From the NCBI RefSeq assembly GCF_024521635.1, contig NW_026250437.1:124001-188000 (forward strand): a stretch of DNA of 64,000 nucleotides, read 5' to 3'. Position 1 is the stretch's first letter; each line of letters begins with the position of its first letter. Both the position numbers and the translations under genes were made by a program. This document shows positions 25,714 through 38,090 of the stretch, in pieces. The notes beneath the pieces are model-generated. The model saw only the letters and a program-made list of their open reading frames with translations, was not told the origin of the DNA and did no database searches. Source of the DNA: Tricharina praecox (Eukaryota).

Positions 25714-27610
25714 TGCATGGATGTAACGGTAGAGATAGGGATGGATAGACGCAATCATTGCAACAGCTTTTTTTTTCCTTCCTCTTCTGCTTTTGTTGCG
25801 GCATTCGGTGTTCGACGGGTCTGGTCATGATAGTTTTAAGTACACCATACGTTTCCTGTTCCCACCAGAGGCCGAGACGGCTGGCCCCGACAGGTTGAAG
25901 GAATCGATATCACTCGTGGACAATATACCGTAGATGATAGATACCCACTCACGTTCACCAGTGGCACCGAGCAGCGGATATTTCAACTCCCTACCTACTT
26001 ATTGTGGAAGTTCGCTTCCCAAGGCCCACGTAACCTATCGACAGAGAAGGGAAGTGCGCAGCACGAATGAACCTCGGGTATACTATATTCTCTATCAATC
26101 GAAAAGGTGACCTTGTGCTGAGGTATGTACCGGTTATCAAGCACCAGTCCTGGCGCTACGTCAACGGTCAACATCTACATATGATAAAGCAAGAAACCTC
26201 TCAGCTCCCAGCTCCTACTCATCCGGGGGTTTGCGTACTACCTACATCACTACGTGACATTTCTGATTTTTTTGTTTCATCATTTTGCATTCGCCCGTGA
26301 GCGATCATGCGCTAGTTATGCTCTCCTAGTACCTACTAGGTATCATGGTTGCAGCCGATCCTGTTCCCACGGGGTTCCCGCGGTATTGCCGCGGCCGAAT
26401 TCCGATGGCGATAGATAACCGGCTCGACGGGGATGCGGACACACTTCCCTACATAACCACCACCTAGTACCTACTGCATACCCGCCGGTATTGAAGCGAG
26501 AATCTGAGATCGACATGGTCTTAATTAAAGTTTTGCGCACGCACGGGAAAACTTTTAACCCACGCTCCGCGGCTCCGAGTGCGGAATTCGAATGATACCT
26601 CGTGCTGCAGAAAGTTGAAACTGGACAACAGTCGACATTCTGGCTACCTCTGCTTGGGTACTAGTGAGTAGGTCAAGCTACCGGTGGGGGTTAGCTTCTG
26701 TGATCGTCCATGGGAGGTGGTACAATCGGGTGCGAGCTTTTGAAGGACTGCGCGAGTGCTTTTACCTCATGTCCCGCTTTACTCCAGCTACCGACTCAAT
26801 AACTATCAACATCTTGAATGAGGGTAGCTGCAGTCACGTCCTTGCTCCCCCAGACATATGTGCGGAGCAGTCAAGCATCACAGAACCATTAATTTCGAAG
26901 ATGATTCTCCAGCCTTCAGGAGAACGGTGTGCAGTACCCTCAGTGGTTTCTCCCTCTTTACAAACACGTAACATCAAAGCTCGACGCCTTAGTCGCAAGC
27001 CAAGAAAGTTGAGCTTACACAAACAGGTCCCCTGTGATATTTATTCTGGAGTGATATCTACAACTCGATACGGCTGGAAGGAAGGACAAAACGGCATATA
27101 TGACGAAAAGCACGATATGCCGTATCTGACTCCGCGGGGATGGGAGATGTCCGTGATGAAAGTGAAAGGCCTGCACCTTCAAGTTTAAGGTGCTCATGTA
27201 CCGGCAGGATCTCAGAACGGCACCAAGGCCGCCCAGCTTCCGCCGTCTTGAGGGGTAAGAATTCGCCTCACTCATCGTAGGTACACCCTTATCTTTCCGG
27301 TCAGCATGAGGAAGTGGATTTAGGAGGATTCTGGACGAGGGCAAGAACAGCACGAGAATTGCCAGAGGAACAGTCAAGTAAAGTAAGGATAGTATCATGA
27401 CTGGCCCTCAGTCTAAAAGTACGGAGCCAGCCGTCAAGACAGTTCACTGACTGTGCGCAACTGGTAACAACAACAACAAACTCATTCAGTACTTGGAGAA
27501 CGAGTGCCACCTAAAACCGAGGCAATAAACCCCCCCCCCTCCCTTTTCAACGCCCGAAAACAAGCCTCATTCGTCGTCCATCACCATAGCACATAATCCC
27601 CCACCGTCAA

Positions 27611-28046
27611 CTACTTGGGACCACCCAACACCCTACCAATAACAGACTTGACTCCCTTGAAACACTGCGCCTTCACGTTGCCAGCCACGCATTGGGTATC
27701 GACCTCGGACGGCACCACGGTCCAGTCGTCGTCTTCTTCCGCCGGGGCCGGCGCGGGCTTCGCCGCCGGCACGGGCTTGGCTGTGGATATGATACTTGCA
27801 ATCAGCGGGCTATTATCTTTGAAGATTGGGCACCGGACGAGTAATGGTGTACTTACACTTGATATTCTCGACGCGAATAACCTTCGTGCCGCTGGGGAAG
27901 TGGACGTGGATCTCCCTGTCGCCGTTCGGCAGGCGGTGGGTGGTGACCTGCTGCTTGTAGGCAGGAATGTACGTCCATCCCGTGGAGAGGGAGGCGTCGA
28001 CGGGGTTCGACGGGGAGGACGACGAGGAAGAGGATGAAGAGGCCAT
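27611..28046 (-). CDS. Small hypothetical protein (~119 aa)
   Basis: ATG at 28046; intron 27781-27856 (gtaagt...gctgat...cacag) gives an in-frame product MASSSS...VIRVENIK-SKPVPAAKPAPAPAEEDDDWTVV...GGPK*. Confidence 0.6.
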
Positions 28047-29559
28047 CTCGGTAATCGGGTTTATGGAAGCGGTATGGAAGGAAGTGGGATGATGAACTCG
28101 GCGGGTTGTTGGCAGGGAGTGATGCCGAGGGTTAGGTTGCAGGGACGGTACAAGGTGAAAAGATGAGGGAGTCTGCTGTGGTAATGAAAAGAACCTTCGC
28201 AGGCACAAACGGAGGGTCAGAGTTGTCGAATTTGGGGAGGGAGAGGGAAAGGGAGAGGGGGATGGGGGAGTACAGCAAGTTAGTCACTCAACTCTGCTTC
28301 ACTTGCTTCTGCGTTTCTGCGTAGGAATGGTGTGAAGTAGGAAGATGGAAATCGCTCTCTAGTAGACTACAATGTGGTGGGAGTGATGAGTCGTTGGTAC
28401 GGTTGTTTCTGATCTTGGAGATGGAGAAGGAGAAGGAGGAGAAGAAGAAGAAGGAGGTAGTACGTGGGAGGGGAAATGGAGAAAGTAGGGACCTCTAGTT
28501 GAGGCCGAAACCAGCACTGCATGCTCATTTTCATTTAATCGTCTGCTGGATGAATAAATGAGTTGTTACGTAGCTGCAATAACGGCTAGAGGAAAGAAGA
28601 AACAGCATACTCCAGAGAATAAACAAACAGCATACAAAGATAGAAAGCATCCTTCCACGGCACATTCACATTTGTGTGATGATCTAGCCATCTTCAAGTT
28701 TCTCTCTGTCGAGGGCATGTTCTGTGCAAGTACGGCCCCAGGGACGTCGACCATCTGCTCCGAGAAACAGGCGTCATCTGTTCAATACATTCCCGAGGCT
28801 ACGTGTAAAGCATTGAATGATCTTTCGTTAGCAGTCGCCCTCGGCCAGCAGCAGAAGGAAAACACAGATTAATCAATTCACCATCTTCTACGGCTCTGCC
28901 CTCTATTTCTAGTATTGCTTTTACCCTTTATCGGATTCTTCCATCGCCGTATCCATCCACCATCATCCCACACACCCGACTCTCGTAAAGCCGTTAGTCC
29001 TCATACGACATCAGTCTATTGTCTACCACGGCTACACGTCATCATTTCACAAACATCGAACAAAAATGCCATTATTCCTGTCCTGAGTAATTTCACCACG
29101 ATGACTTCCGTCTGCCTACGCTTGAATCCGAATTCGATACGAGAGCTCATAGTCATCAGCCATCATTCGATACTAGGGCTTGTCATCATGAGCCCTCATT
29201 CGGTACGAGTGCGATATAGTGAATAGCCATATTAAGAATCAATGGCAATAGAATGTTTCTTCAGGTAGATCTGTATTGAATAGCTCTACACGAAGCTATT
29301 CATTGATATTCAACTGAAGGGGGCCTTACGTGTCTGAGGAAAACCCTGCCAAAAGATGGTAGCATCTCGTAATTTCTTGTTCTTTATACGCCGGCAGCAT
29401 AGCTGGCAGCTTATGAGTCTTATCACTGTTTATTTCATGCATTTGCTTGTTTGTAAATGACGGACTCTACCACTGCGACCAGCTGTGGCAGTATGGGAGT
29501 GAGATCGGCAGGTTACCCTATCGAGCCACCCTACCCATCGAGCCAACCCGCCCATCGAG

Positions 29560-30150
29560 CCACTCCGCCGATCCTTCTTCACATCACTTCAACTCTCCTC
29601 TGTCCATTCTTCACATCACATCCACTCTCCTCTGCCCATCCGTCTTCACATCACATCCACTCTCCTCCGCCCATCCGTCTTCACATCACTTCAACTCTCC
29701 TCCGCCCATCCTTCTTCACATCACATCCACTCTCCTCTGCCCATCCGTCCTCACAACACATCTACTCTCCTCTGCCCATCCTTCTTCACATCAAATATAC
29801 TCTCCTCAGCCTCAGATCGTAGCCATGGCGGCAGCATTCTTCGACGGTGCAGCATTCTTCGACGGTGTTGCGCAGATCGTAGCCCGTCTTTCTTCACATC
29901 ACTTCAACCCTTCTCGTCTCATCCTTCTTCACATCAAATTTACTCTCCTCTACCCATCCTTCTTCACATCACATCTAGTCTCCTCTGCCCATCCTTCTTC
30001 ACATTAAATTTACTCTCCTCTACCCATCCTTCTTCACATCAAATCTACTCTCCTCAGCCTCAGATCGTAACCATGGCGGCAGCATTCTTCGACGGTGTTG
30101 CGCAAATCGTAGCCCGTCTTTCTTCACATCACATCAACCCTCCTCAGCCC
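29560..30150. repeat. Degenerate ~33-bp tandem array with an internal ~120-bp duplication
   Basis: More than 10 copies of a unit like ccatccttcttcacatcacatccactctcctctgc. The block cctcagcctcagatcgta.ccatggcggcagcattcttcgacggtg occurs at ~29804 and ~30052. Confidence 0.9.
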
Positions 30151-30208
30151 TCGGCGGCACGACCTCAACCACAACTGTGTACGCTGTCCCCGAGCCGACC
30201 GAGCCATC

Positions 30209-30328
30209 GGGTGGTACCATCAACCATCATCGATTCATCCATCCAACCGGGTGGTACCATCAACCATCATCGATTCATCCATCCAACCGGGTGGTACCAT
30301 CAACCATCATCGATTCATCCATCCAACC
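30209..30328. repeat. Perfect 40-bp tandem repeat x3
   Basis: gggtggtaccatcaaccatcatcgattcatccatccaacc starting at 30209, 30249 and 30289. Confidence 0.95.
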
Positions 30329-30569
30329 AGTGCCGCCCAACACCAACAAGACGGTTGATACGACTTTAGTTACATTAAGGGTCCTTTATGGAGCATACTG
30401 TGGGTCGGACGACTACTGCAAGACCTTTCACCCACGCGCAGATCTCCTCCCCATGGTTCGTCTTTTTGGACGTGACGAGAAATATCATCTACTATTCATC
30501 TTCAACAATGCTTTTCTTAACGGCAGGGAAGTTTATCGTGCATTCTTTCGATCAAGAAATTTAGAAACA

Positions 30570-30779
30570 GCATACCGTCTCCATGACCAACCGATTCAAT
30601 TGGCTACCGGCCCCAGGGCCATAGATCTGCAGATGTTGCCTGCGGCATCACTCGTCGTGCACTTCCTCGATCAAACAATTGCGGCGAATTTGAGGCTGCA
30701 TTTCTATGCAGCATTCCGTCTCCATGACCAACCGATTCAATTGGCTACCGGCCCCAGGGCCATAGATCTGCAGATGTTG
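30570..30779. repeat. ~70-bp direct duplication
   Basis: ccgtctccatgaccaaccgattcaattggctaccggccccagggccatagatctgcagatgttg at ~30575 and ~30716. Confidence 0.9.
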
Positions 30780-30789
30780 TCTGCAGTGT

Positions 30790-31100
30790 TGGACGTTGTC
30801 TGCAGCGTCGGACCTAGTCTGCAGTGTCGGATGGGGGGGGGGGGGGGGAGGCGAGAGGAGGAAGTGAAGGTCGACGTTGTCTGCAATGTTGGATGAGGGG
30901 GAGGCGAGAGGAGGAAATGAAGGCCAAAAATATATGCAACGTCGGATGGGGGGGAGGCGAGAGGAGGAAGTGAAGGCTAACAATATCTGCAATGTTGGAT
31001 GAGGGGGAGGCGAGAGGAGGAAGTGAAGGCGGACGCTGTCTGCAGTGTTGGATGGGAGGGAGGCGAGAGGAGGAAGTGAAGGTCGATGTTGTCTATAGCG
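30790..31100. repeat. ~55-60-bp purine-rich tandem array (about 5 copies)
   Basis: Unit like ggaggcgagaggaggaagtgaagg..ga.gttgtctgca.tgttggatg. Confidence 0.9.
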
Positions 31101-31374
31101 TTTGGAGAGTAAGTGAAGGAGGAGCTGTTGGCGAGAGGAAACGAATGTGGTTAGTGGTCAGCATTAATGTTGGTGGATGGCTGGTTTCTTCTTTTTCTTT
31201 TCTTCTTCTTCTTTCATGATCATCATCTAGCAAATATGTCAAATGTACTGAGATAGATAGGAGAATTGGTAGGAAGATAGAACTGTTTTGTAGCTTGCTT
31301 TTTCTTCTTCTCCTGGCCAGTGTACTTCTATATATACAGAATATGTCTGCAATTGGGAGATATCCCCGCCGGCG

Positions 31375-31420
31375 AGACCAGACAACAGACCAGACAACAG
31401 ACCAGACAACAGACCAGACA
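31375..31420. repeat. 12-bp tandem repeat (agaccagacaac) x~4
   Basis: Read directly from the sequence. Confidence 0.9.
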
Positions 31421-32249
31421 GCAGAACTCATCTCCTCCTCCGGATACAGTTCGCATGACTGAGTCCTTGACTCCTTCAGAACTGAGAACAGTGCTCCTTG
31501 AAACTTCACCATCACCATACAGCAGACATAAGGAGAGAACCTTCATGCGCTCCGCACGCCGTAATCTGACAGAATAGACGGTCAACCCCCCATATCCGCT
31601 CTCTCCTCTGTGTGCGCTTCCTTTCTCGTCAGGCCTGGAGAGGCATTGGCAAAGAGCCCTCGCACAACGGATAATGCGGCAGTCACTGCTTACAGTCGCG
31701 TTTGGTGTACTGCGGAAGTTGCATCGTGTTGGCTGGGTCAACACAGCTGAAAGAATGAAGAAGACTCCGTTCTGCAGTGGACCTGATCCACGCAAGGAAG
31801 GTGTGAAGAATCCCGTCCAGTTAGATTCCTAGACGAGTGCGGCATGATGACTGCCCACGTGCGTGCTCCCCTCTAGTTCAGATCCGCTCTAGCCCGATCG
31901 AAACCCAAATCAAAGAGAGCTACTTTCGAGCTAATCACAGTCCATCGGCAGCCCTCGATCGGTTCCCCTCATGCCTCATGCACGCCATCCGATCCTCCCC
32001 CAACCTCCTCCATAAACTAAGCGCCCGTACCCCAGCCTGCGCAGATCCCGCGCACACGGCAGCATCCCCCACACAACCACTAATCCGGCAATCCGCCGGC
32101 CTCCAATCCAACCACACAAACGAACGGAACGCGCTCGATCTTAGATACCTACCCCCCCTCCCACCCGCCGACCGCGCCCGTAAACGACCCACCACAACAA
32201 ACCACGTAACTCATACCTGCCTGCTCTACATGCACTGACGGAACGGACG

Positions 32250-33722
32250 ATGCCGCGCTCGCACCGAGGCCCCAGCCGCCCTGGGCCACACTCTCTAATC
32301 CTCCCGTTCGCGCTCACACTCACGACCGCCGCCCTCGCCTCCGCCGGTCTATACTTCTTCTCGTCTGAGTCCTCCCCACCGAGCTCGTACCCGGGCAGCG
32401 ACAGTGAACACGAACCGCCGCGTCGCAGCCACAGTAGTGGCCACCACTCCCACCGCCGTCGCCGCCGCCATAGTGACCGTGTCCATGACCACATCACCGA
32501 GGAAGACACCGATGCGATTGAGGATTCGCGCCGGGAGGAGGAGCTTTATCGGAAGCGGAAGTCTGCTGCTGGCGTCATGTCCTATATGAAAGGCGCCGTG
32601 GAGAACTTTACGCATCATGACGACGACGATGATGGGCTCGCGTTCGAGGAGGACGAAGAGGTGGTGCACAGGCCGAGGCCAGGGAGGGATAGGCCGTCGC
32701 AACAGCCACCGAGACCGTCAGTGATTGACACCGCCACTGGCCGTCGGCCTACTGCCCCGTCATCAGCCCCCATCTCCGCCGTTACACCGAACCTCCCCGC
32801 CCAGAACAGCTACACCGCCTCAACCTCCGCCGCCTCAGCCTCAGCCTCAGCCTCAGCCTCAGCCTCCGCCGCCAAACCTGCCCAGAATAAGAGCCAATAC
32901 GTTCCACCGCCGCGCAGGAAACGCCCAGTAGTACTTGTTGTCGAAGAGCGCAAGGCCACACACGGACATGATAGCGACGCCGAGTTTGAGGAGCTTCTAC
33001 CGGCGGTGCGTTCTAGTTCCCCTTTTTATCCACACCGTCCTTGGTGTTGTGGCACTAATACGTGCGCCGTTTTTCAGCGATCGCTTCTCTCGAAAATCCC
33101 GCACCCGCTTAAGCTATCCAATACAATTCTGTACATCCTGATCCACTCTCCGCACATGGCTTCCGACAACCAGAGCACTACCGCACGGAAGGCGAAGAGG
33201 AATGTTAGATCGAGCGACAAGTTGACTGTCCTGGAAGCTCCCGAACCAATGCCTTCGCCATCACTCCAGGGCATCCGATTCCATGAGGACATGAACAAGA
33301 GTACTTTCGAAATCGCCAGCGAGATCCTACCCGACGGCACATCACAGGACAACATCGTGCCCTTCGCATCAATGGACGCGCTTGTGCCGCTCCTGCGCAA
33401 GCTGGCCCCTGACGTCGTGTACTTCGAAGAGGCGGCGGTGGATGCGGAGGGAAGAGTAGTGGATGAGGTTCTTGGTGGGAGATGTATCAACCGCGCGGTT
33501 GTGGTTGTGGGTGGTGGTGACGGAGTCGACGATATTGCGGGACTGGTTGACAGCAGCGATGAAGATGACGCCGGCGACAGGAGGCGGGGAGAGGGGAAAT
33601 GGTGGGGCCCTGGGGCGCCCATCAGAATCCGGCATGGAAAGCGCGTGGATGTCGTTGAGGCGTGGACTGTCGAGGACGATTGGAGGAGCCGTATTGAGGA
33701 GGCCGATGTCGCCCCTCAGTAG
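32250..33722 (+). CDS. Peroxin 22-like (Pex22-like/Fam1) membrane protein
   Basis: N-terminal TM segment LILPFALTLTTAALASAGLYFF; C-terminal pattern SLLSKIP...ILIHSP...IVPF...L.PDVVY.EE...VVVVG...GLVDSSDE...KWW...GKRVDVV....EDDWRSR, as recalled for filamentous-fungal Pex22-like proteins. Probable 72-nt intron 33006-33077. Confidence 0.7.
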   Translation: MPRSHRGPSRPGPHSLILPFALTLTTAALASAGLYFFSSESSPPSSYPGSDSEHEPPRRSHSSGHHSHRRRRRHSDRVHDHITEEDTDAIEDSRREEELYRKRKSAAGVMSYMKGAVENFTHHDDDDDGLAFEEDEEVVHRPRPGRDRPSQQPPRPSVIDTATGRRPTAPSSAPISAVTPNLPAQNSYTASTSAASASASASASASAAKPAQNKSQYVPPPRRKRPVVLVVEERKATHGHDSDAEFEELLPAVRSSSPFYPHRPWCCGTNTCAVFQRSLLSKIPHPLKLSNTILYILIHSPHMASDNQSTTARKAKRNVRSSDKLTVLEAPEPMPSPSLQGIRFHEDMNKSTFEIASEILPDGTSQDNIVPFASMDALVPLLRKLAPDVVYFEEAAVDAEGRVVDEVLGGRCINRAVVVVGGGDGVDDIAGLVDSSDEDDAGDRRRGEGKWWGPGAPIRIRHGKRVDVVEAWTVEDDWRSRIEEADVAPQ

Positions 33723-34116
33723 GGCGTATTTGTGTGGGTGGGTGATGATATTTGATGACTTTGTTTTTTTGGCTTTCTGTTTGTTGTACGTATACCCGGT
33801 GTATTTCCAATTTTGATACTATCACTTCCTTCTTGCCTTCTCCCTTAATACCTACACCGAGGGTTGCTTTGTATATCATGCTTTTTTGGATGGATGGGAG
33901 GGAGGTCTGAGGGGAATGGAAAATAATCAGCATACCCAAGTACTGAAGTACCTACCTTGAAGCCTGACTGGAGTGAATCTTGAGGTGTCACTCGTGAGAG
34001 ATGGCTCCATTGCCACATCTGCAGTCTGCACTGGCGAGACCAAATGTGTGCTTCCTCAATGCAATCGTAAATGCAGGCGCATAGGCTAGGGACCAACGCC
34101 CAGTCTCCAAGCTCTT

Positions 34117-34353
34117 TGTTGAGATATATGGGTGAACAGATGATAATATTCTATTCGATACAGAAAAGAAGAACCTATCGTCCACGGCGAAGGCCTCTAT
34201 TTATGATTGAGCACCGAACAAAGTTGGCCGCCGAACAAAGTTGGCCGCTCATCAGAGTTCGCCAGGCCCGCTCATCAGAGTTCGCCTGGCCGCCGTCGAG
34301 ACTCTTCCACCGCCAAACCTTAACTGAGATCTCCGGGCGACCAAAGTTTGACA
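34117..34353. mobile_element. Solo LTR of the copia family seen at 4999-5237
   Basis: Ends tgttgagatat...ggcgaccaaagtttgaca match the 4999-5237 LTR. Flanked by a perfect 5-bp TSD CTCTT (34112-34116 and 34354-34358). Confidence 0.9.
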
Positions 34354-35884
34354 CTCTTCTATGGCCGGTGTTCTACATAGCCCAGTTTGTCCGGTTTTCA
34401 CCTATGGGCTGGACTGGATTACCTATGTGACGTGGTCCGTCTCAAGGCCCGGACGGGACGGTGCAGCTTGGGGGTGTGACCAGACAGGACAGCCGGCAGT
34501 CGACTGCCAAAGATGTTCGGAATCACCGAAGAAAATTCCGGCAAAGGACGTTGCTGTGAGAATGATGGGGTTCTTAATGGAGGAGTCGGGCATCCGGTAT
34601 GCAGAGAAGGTCTAGGGTGGAGACGGGGCAGAAAGAGACCGCGCGGATGATGTAAGGAATTACAAAAGTGTCATTTTGACTTTACGATACCTGCATGCTT
34701 CTAAAGAGGTAGCTGCTTCTGTAAATCCCCCGAGCAGAGTGCCTGCAATATATTCTCTATCGCTTCACTTACCTTCCCTCGTTCCTGCAAACAACCCAGC
34801 TATGCCCACCGTTTATGCCATCATCGCCATCAAAGAGCTTTACATCCGAAAACCACTAGTTTGGGTCTCCTCATCCATCCAGAGTGGGTCAATACCGTAG
34901 AATTCGCGCCTGATGGCAAGTTCTTCGCATCAGTACAATCAATGGTCTAGCAGCTTTTAGTATGTGGATGAAATCCTGGTGCCCCCCAAAGTTTTTAAGA
35001 AGCCATTGTACTTGCCACCGTTTAGCGGACGTTAACCGCAATGAGCCCAGGGCTTTGAAACTTGGTGTTTCAATGGGTAAGGCTAGACTGTTAGGATGGA
35101 GCTTAATACGTCGTTTCTCGGTGACGCTACGGTTTGAAGTGACTACGATCATCTTGTCCCCTCTACGGATGTCAAACACCAGCTTTATTTTGTATTCAGT
35201 GCTGTGTTCATCTTTCTTCATATGGCTTTTATATCACGAATTATGCACATGTCCGATAGTTTTCGGCCCTTCGGGACCGGCCGTGGGCAGCTGATTACAT
35301 GCAATGACGTGCAACACCGAGTCAATCATGATGATGCACTCACTGACGTTCACTCGCCAAGTGAGAGGTGTTACCGCATTCTTAGACCTTCTCCGAGCTC
35401 TCCATTAATATGTATTCTCATTCAAGATCATTCCGGAGGTTGCCGTTACGCGGTAACTTCTCTCTCTTTCTCCGTCAGGTTGAAAGCGCCGCACGTGACG
35501 CCAAGCCTGGCACATATCGCCATCTCTCTTGCACTCGCGCCTGAAACTCGACTACCAACTTCAACTTCTCCAGCTCCCAAAATCAAAAGTCGCACAACCG
35601 CACGCTCGTTCCACTCCGCTCCTGCAGTTGTCGCCAATTCCCACTCTCTCTTTACGCGATCGCGCAGACCCCTAAATATCTCCTCCCCCCAATGATTGTG
35701 GCATAGAAGGAGCAGTCACTTAGCTATTGCAAGCGAGCAAGAAGCCCCCGTTTAACTTCCCGACCGCGCTGTCGCGAAACGCACCGTAACAGAGCCGCAT
35801 CGAGGGGACCAGGACATACTATCACACACCACCCACCACCCACCTACCCTTCAACACTCGCGCGCATACCCCTCCCCCCAGCAT

Positions 35885-37793
35885 ATGCCCACGACATCCT
35901 CACAAAGCCCATCCTCAGTGCTCCCTATCTCCCGCATAAAGCTCCCCGCCTCCAATATGGCGGCTGCTGCCACCTCGAATCCTCCTAGGCTGACAGGAAA
36001 ACATCCACCGGGCGGGTTGGCATCGGCGTATGGGCGGCCATCGGCCGGATCGAAGACGCGTCCCCAAGCGCTGGCGAATGGCGTTGGTGGTGGTGGCGGT
36101 GGGGCGGCGGCTTCTGCGACGGGGACGGGTACGCCTACCGCGGCTAGTAAGCTGGCGGAACGTAAGAGGGCCGCCGCAAATAATAAGGCAGCAGAACTGG
36201 CACGACAGAGGGCGAAGACAAACGGGGGTAACGACGACGACGACGCCGGTGGAGGAACCAGACGGGAATAGTGTTACGGCGAGGGAAGCTAGAGAGAGAG
36301 CTGCTGCGATACAGGTTCGTAGGTCGTTGCGCGCGCGCGCCGGCGGCGGTGGACCGTATGGTGGCGGAGGAAGCTATTGCTAATTCTTGTGCATCTGTAG
36401 AAATTACCGCCGCGACCGCCTGTTATATCTACATCTTACATTCTCAAGCGATTTACCGGGAAACCGCCGAGCTTAGTGTTACACCTCCACCAGCTTAACT
36501 TCCGGTTCGAAGGGCAGGATGGGAGTTTTGGATATGGCAGTCCTATGAGGGTGTGTTCTTGCGCTGGCGTTGCCGTTGCCTGAGCTGTAGCGCTAACTGA
36601 TGGCTTGACTTAGACGATTCTGGAATGTGTCCGTAATGAAGAGATTCCCCATGAGCTCATAGAGGAGTTTAGGGATGCGGGGACGATGTTCTACGACGGT
36701 ATGTGTGCGCGGCGGGGTAGGGTCATGGGGGCGGGGATAAACGGGACAGTGGTCTAACGTGCGCAGGCTGTTTGATTGTGCAGATACATGACCATCGGTC
36801 GGCCTCTTCCACGTCAACGTCGAAGGTCAAGAGCAAACAGGACCCCGGGTCGATACACAACTACAACGAGTGGATATGTCCGTCGCCGATGGTTCCATTC
36901 CCGACTCCGAAGCCCCCTGAAGCGGTCGAGAAGAAGGAGGAGAATAAGGACGGCAAACCGAAGGGACCGAGGATCTTCACCACAGTTCTACACCCCACCC
37001 CACTCACCCTACACTGCGACATGGCCGTTCTTGCCTCAACGCCCATGCCAGGCCGATCACAAACCCTTGCGCAAACTTCTACCACAACTACCCCACGGTT
37101 ACCCCCTACCCGCCGAACGATATTGGACAACTCGAACTTGCACGATTTCGAAGCCAAGAACCTTTTGGCCACCTCTCCATCTCTGATCCTAACCCCGGCA
37201 AAATCTGTCGAACATGCAAAGATGATCCACAAGATACTTCAGCACCCACTACACTGCTTTCCATTGCCTCCGCCGAAGGCGCGGAAACGCACCATGGCCG
37301 AACTACAGGCGGACGAGGCACAGGCGGCAGAGCAGGAGCGACTGCTGCTATTTATGGACGAGCGCAGGTACGCCGCACACAACGCCAACGGCTCAGAATC
37401 CGCTGTTGGCGATGGATCCGGCTCGTCCTTTGAGCACAGCTTCAAGAAATTCAAGGTCATCGAAAGCATCAAGCTTGCACAGACCGAGAAGAAGAAGGAA
37501 GCGGCGGAGAAGGCCGAGAAGGAGCGGAAGTTGCGTGCGGAGCAAGATCATGCCAATCGTCAGCGCGCCGAGATGCGGAAGCAGGAGGAGATGGAGAAGC
37601 AACGGCAAATAAACGCTAGGAGGGCGGCGAGCGCAAGTCAGCAGGGGAGTCCGGTGCTCGCTCAGGGCCCGATGGGAAGCTCCGCTGCGCAGGTCAATGG
37701 CATTACTGCTACAACGAGGCCAGGTTCCTCGGGTGGCATGAACTCTGTGCCTATGAGCCCGGCGCAGCAACAACATACTGCTAATATGCGATT

Positions 37794-37829
<36 letters not shown>

Positions 37830-38007
37830 ACTCGCACACGTTCAAGCGCAAGCACAACAAGCACAGGCACAGGCCCAGGCTCAAGCTCAAGCACAGGCCC
37901 AGGCTCAAGCGGCACAGGCCCAGGCCCAGGCCCACGCACAGGCCCAGGCACAAGCACAGCAGCAGGCCGTGCAACAGCATCACCAGCAACAGGCTCAGCA
38001 ACAAGCC

Positions 38008-38090
<83 letters not shown>

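Noticed and set aside
30209..30328. CRISPR-like array
   Set aside because: Repeats are contiguous with no unique spacers, the context is eukaryotic, and there are no cas genes.
34889..35221. 110-aa ORF as a gene
   Set aside because: No motif, splice support or codon bias comparable to neighbouring genes.
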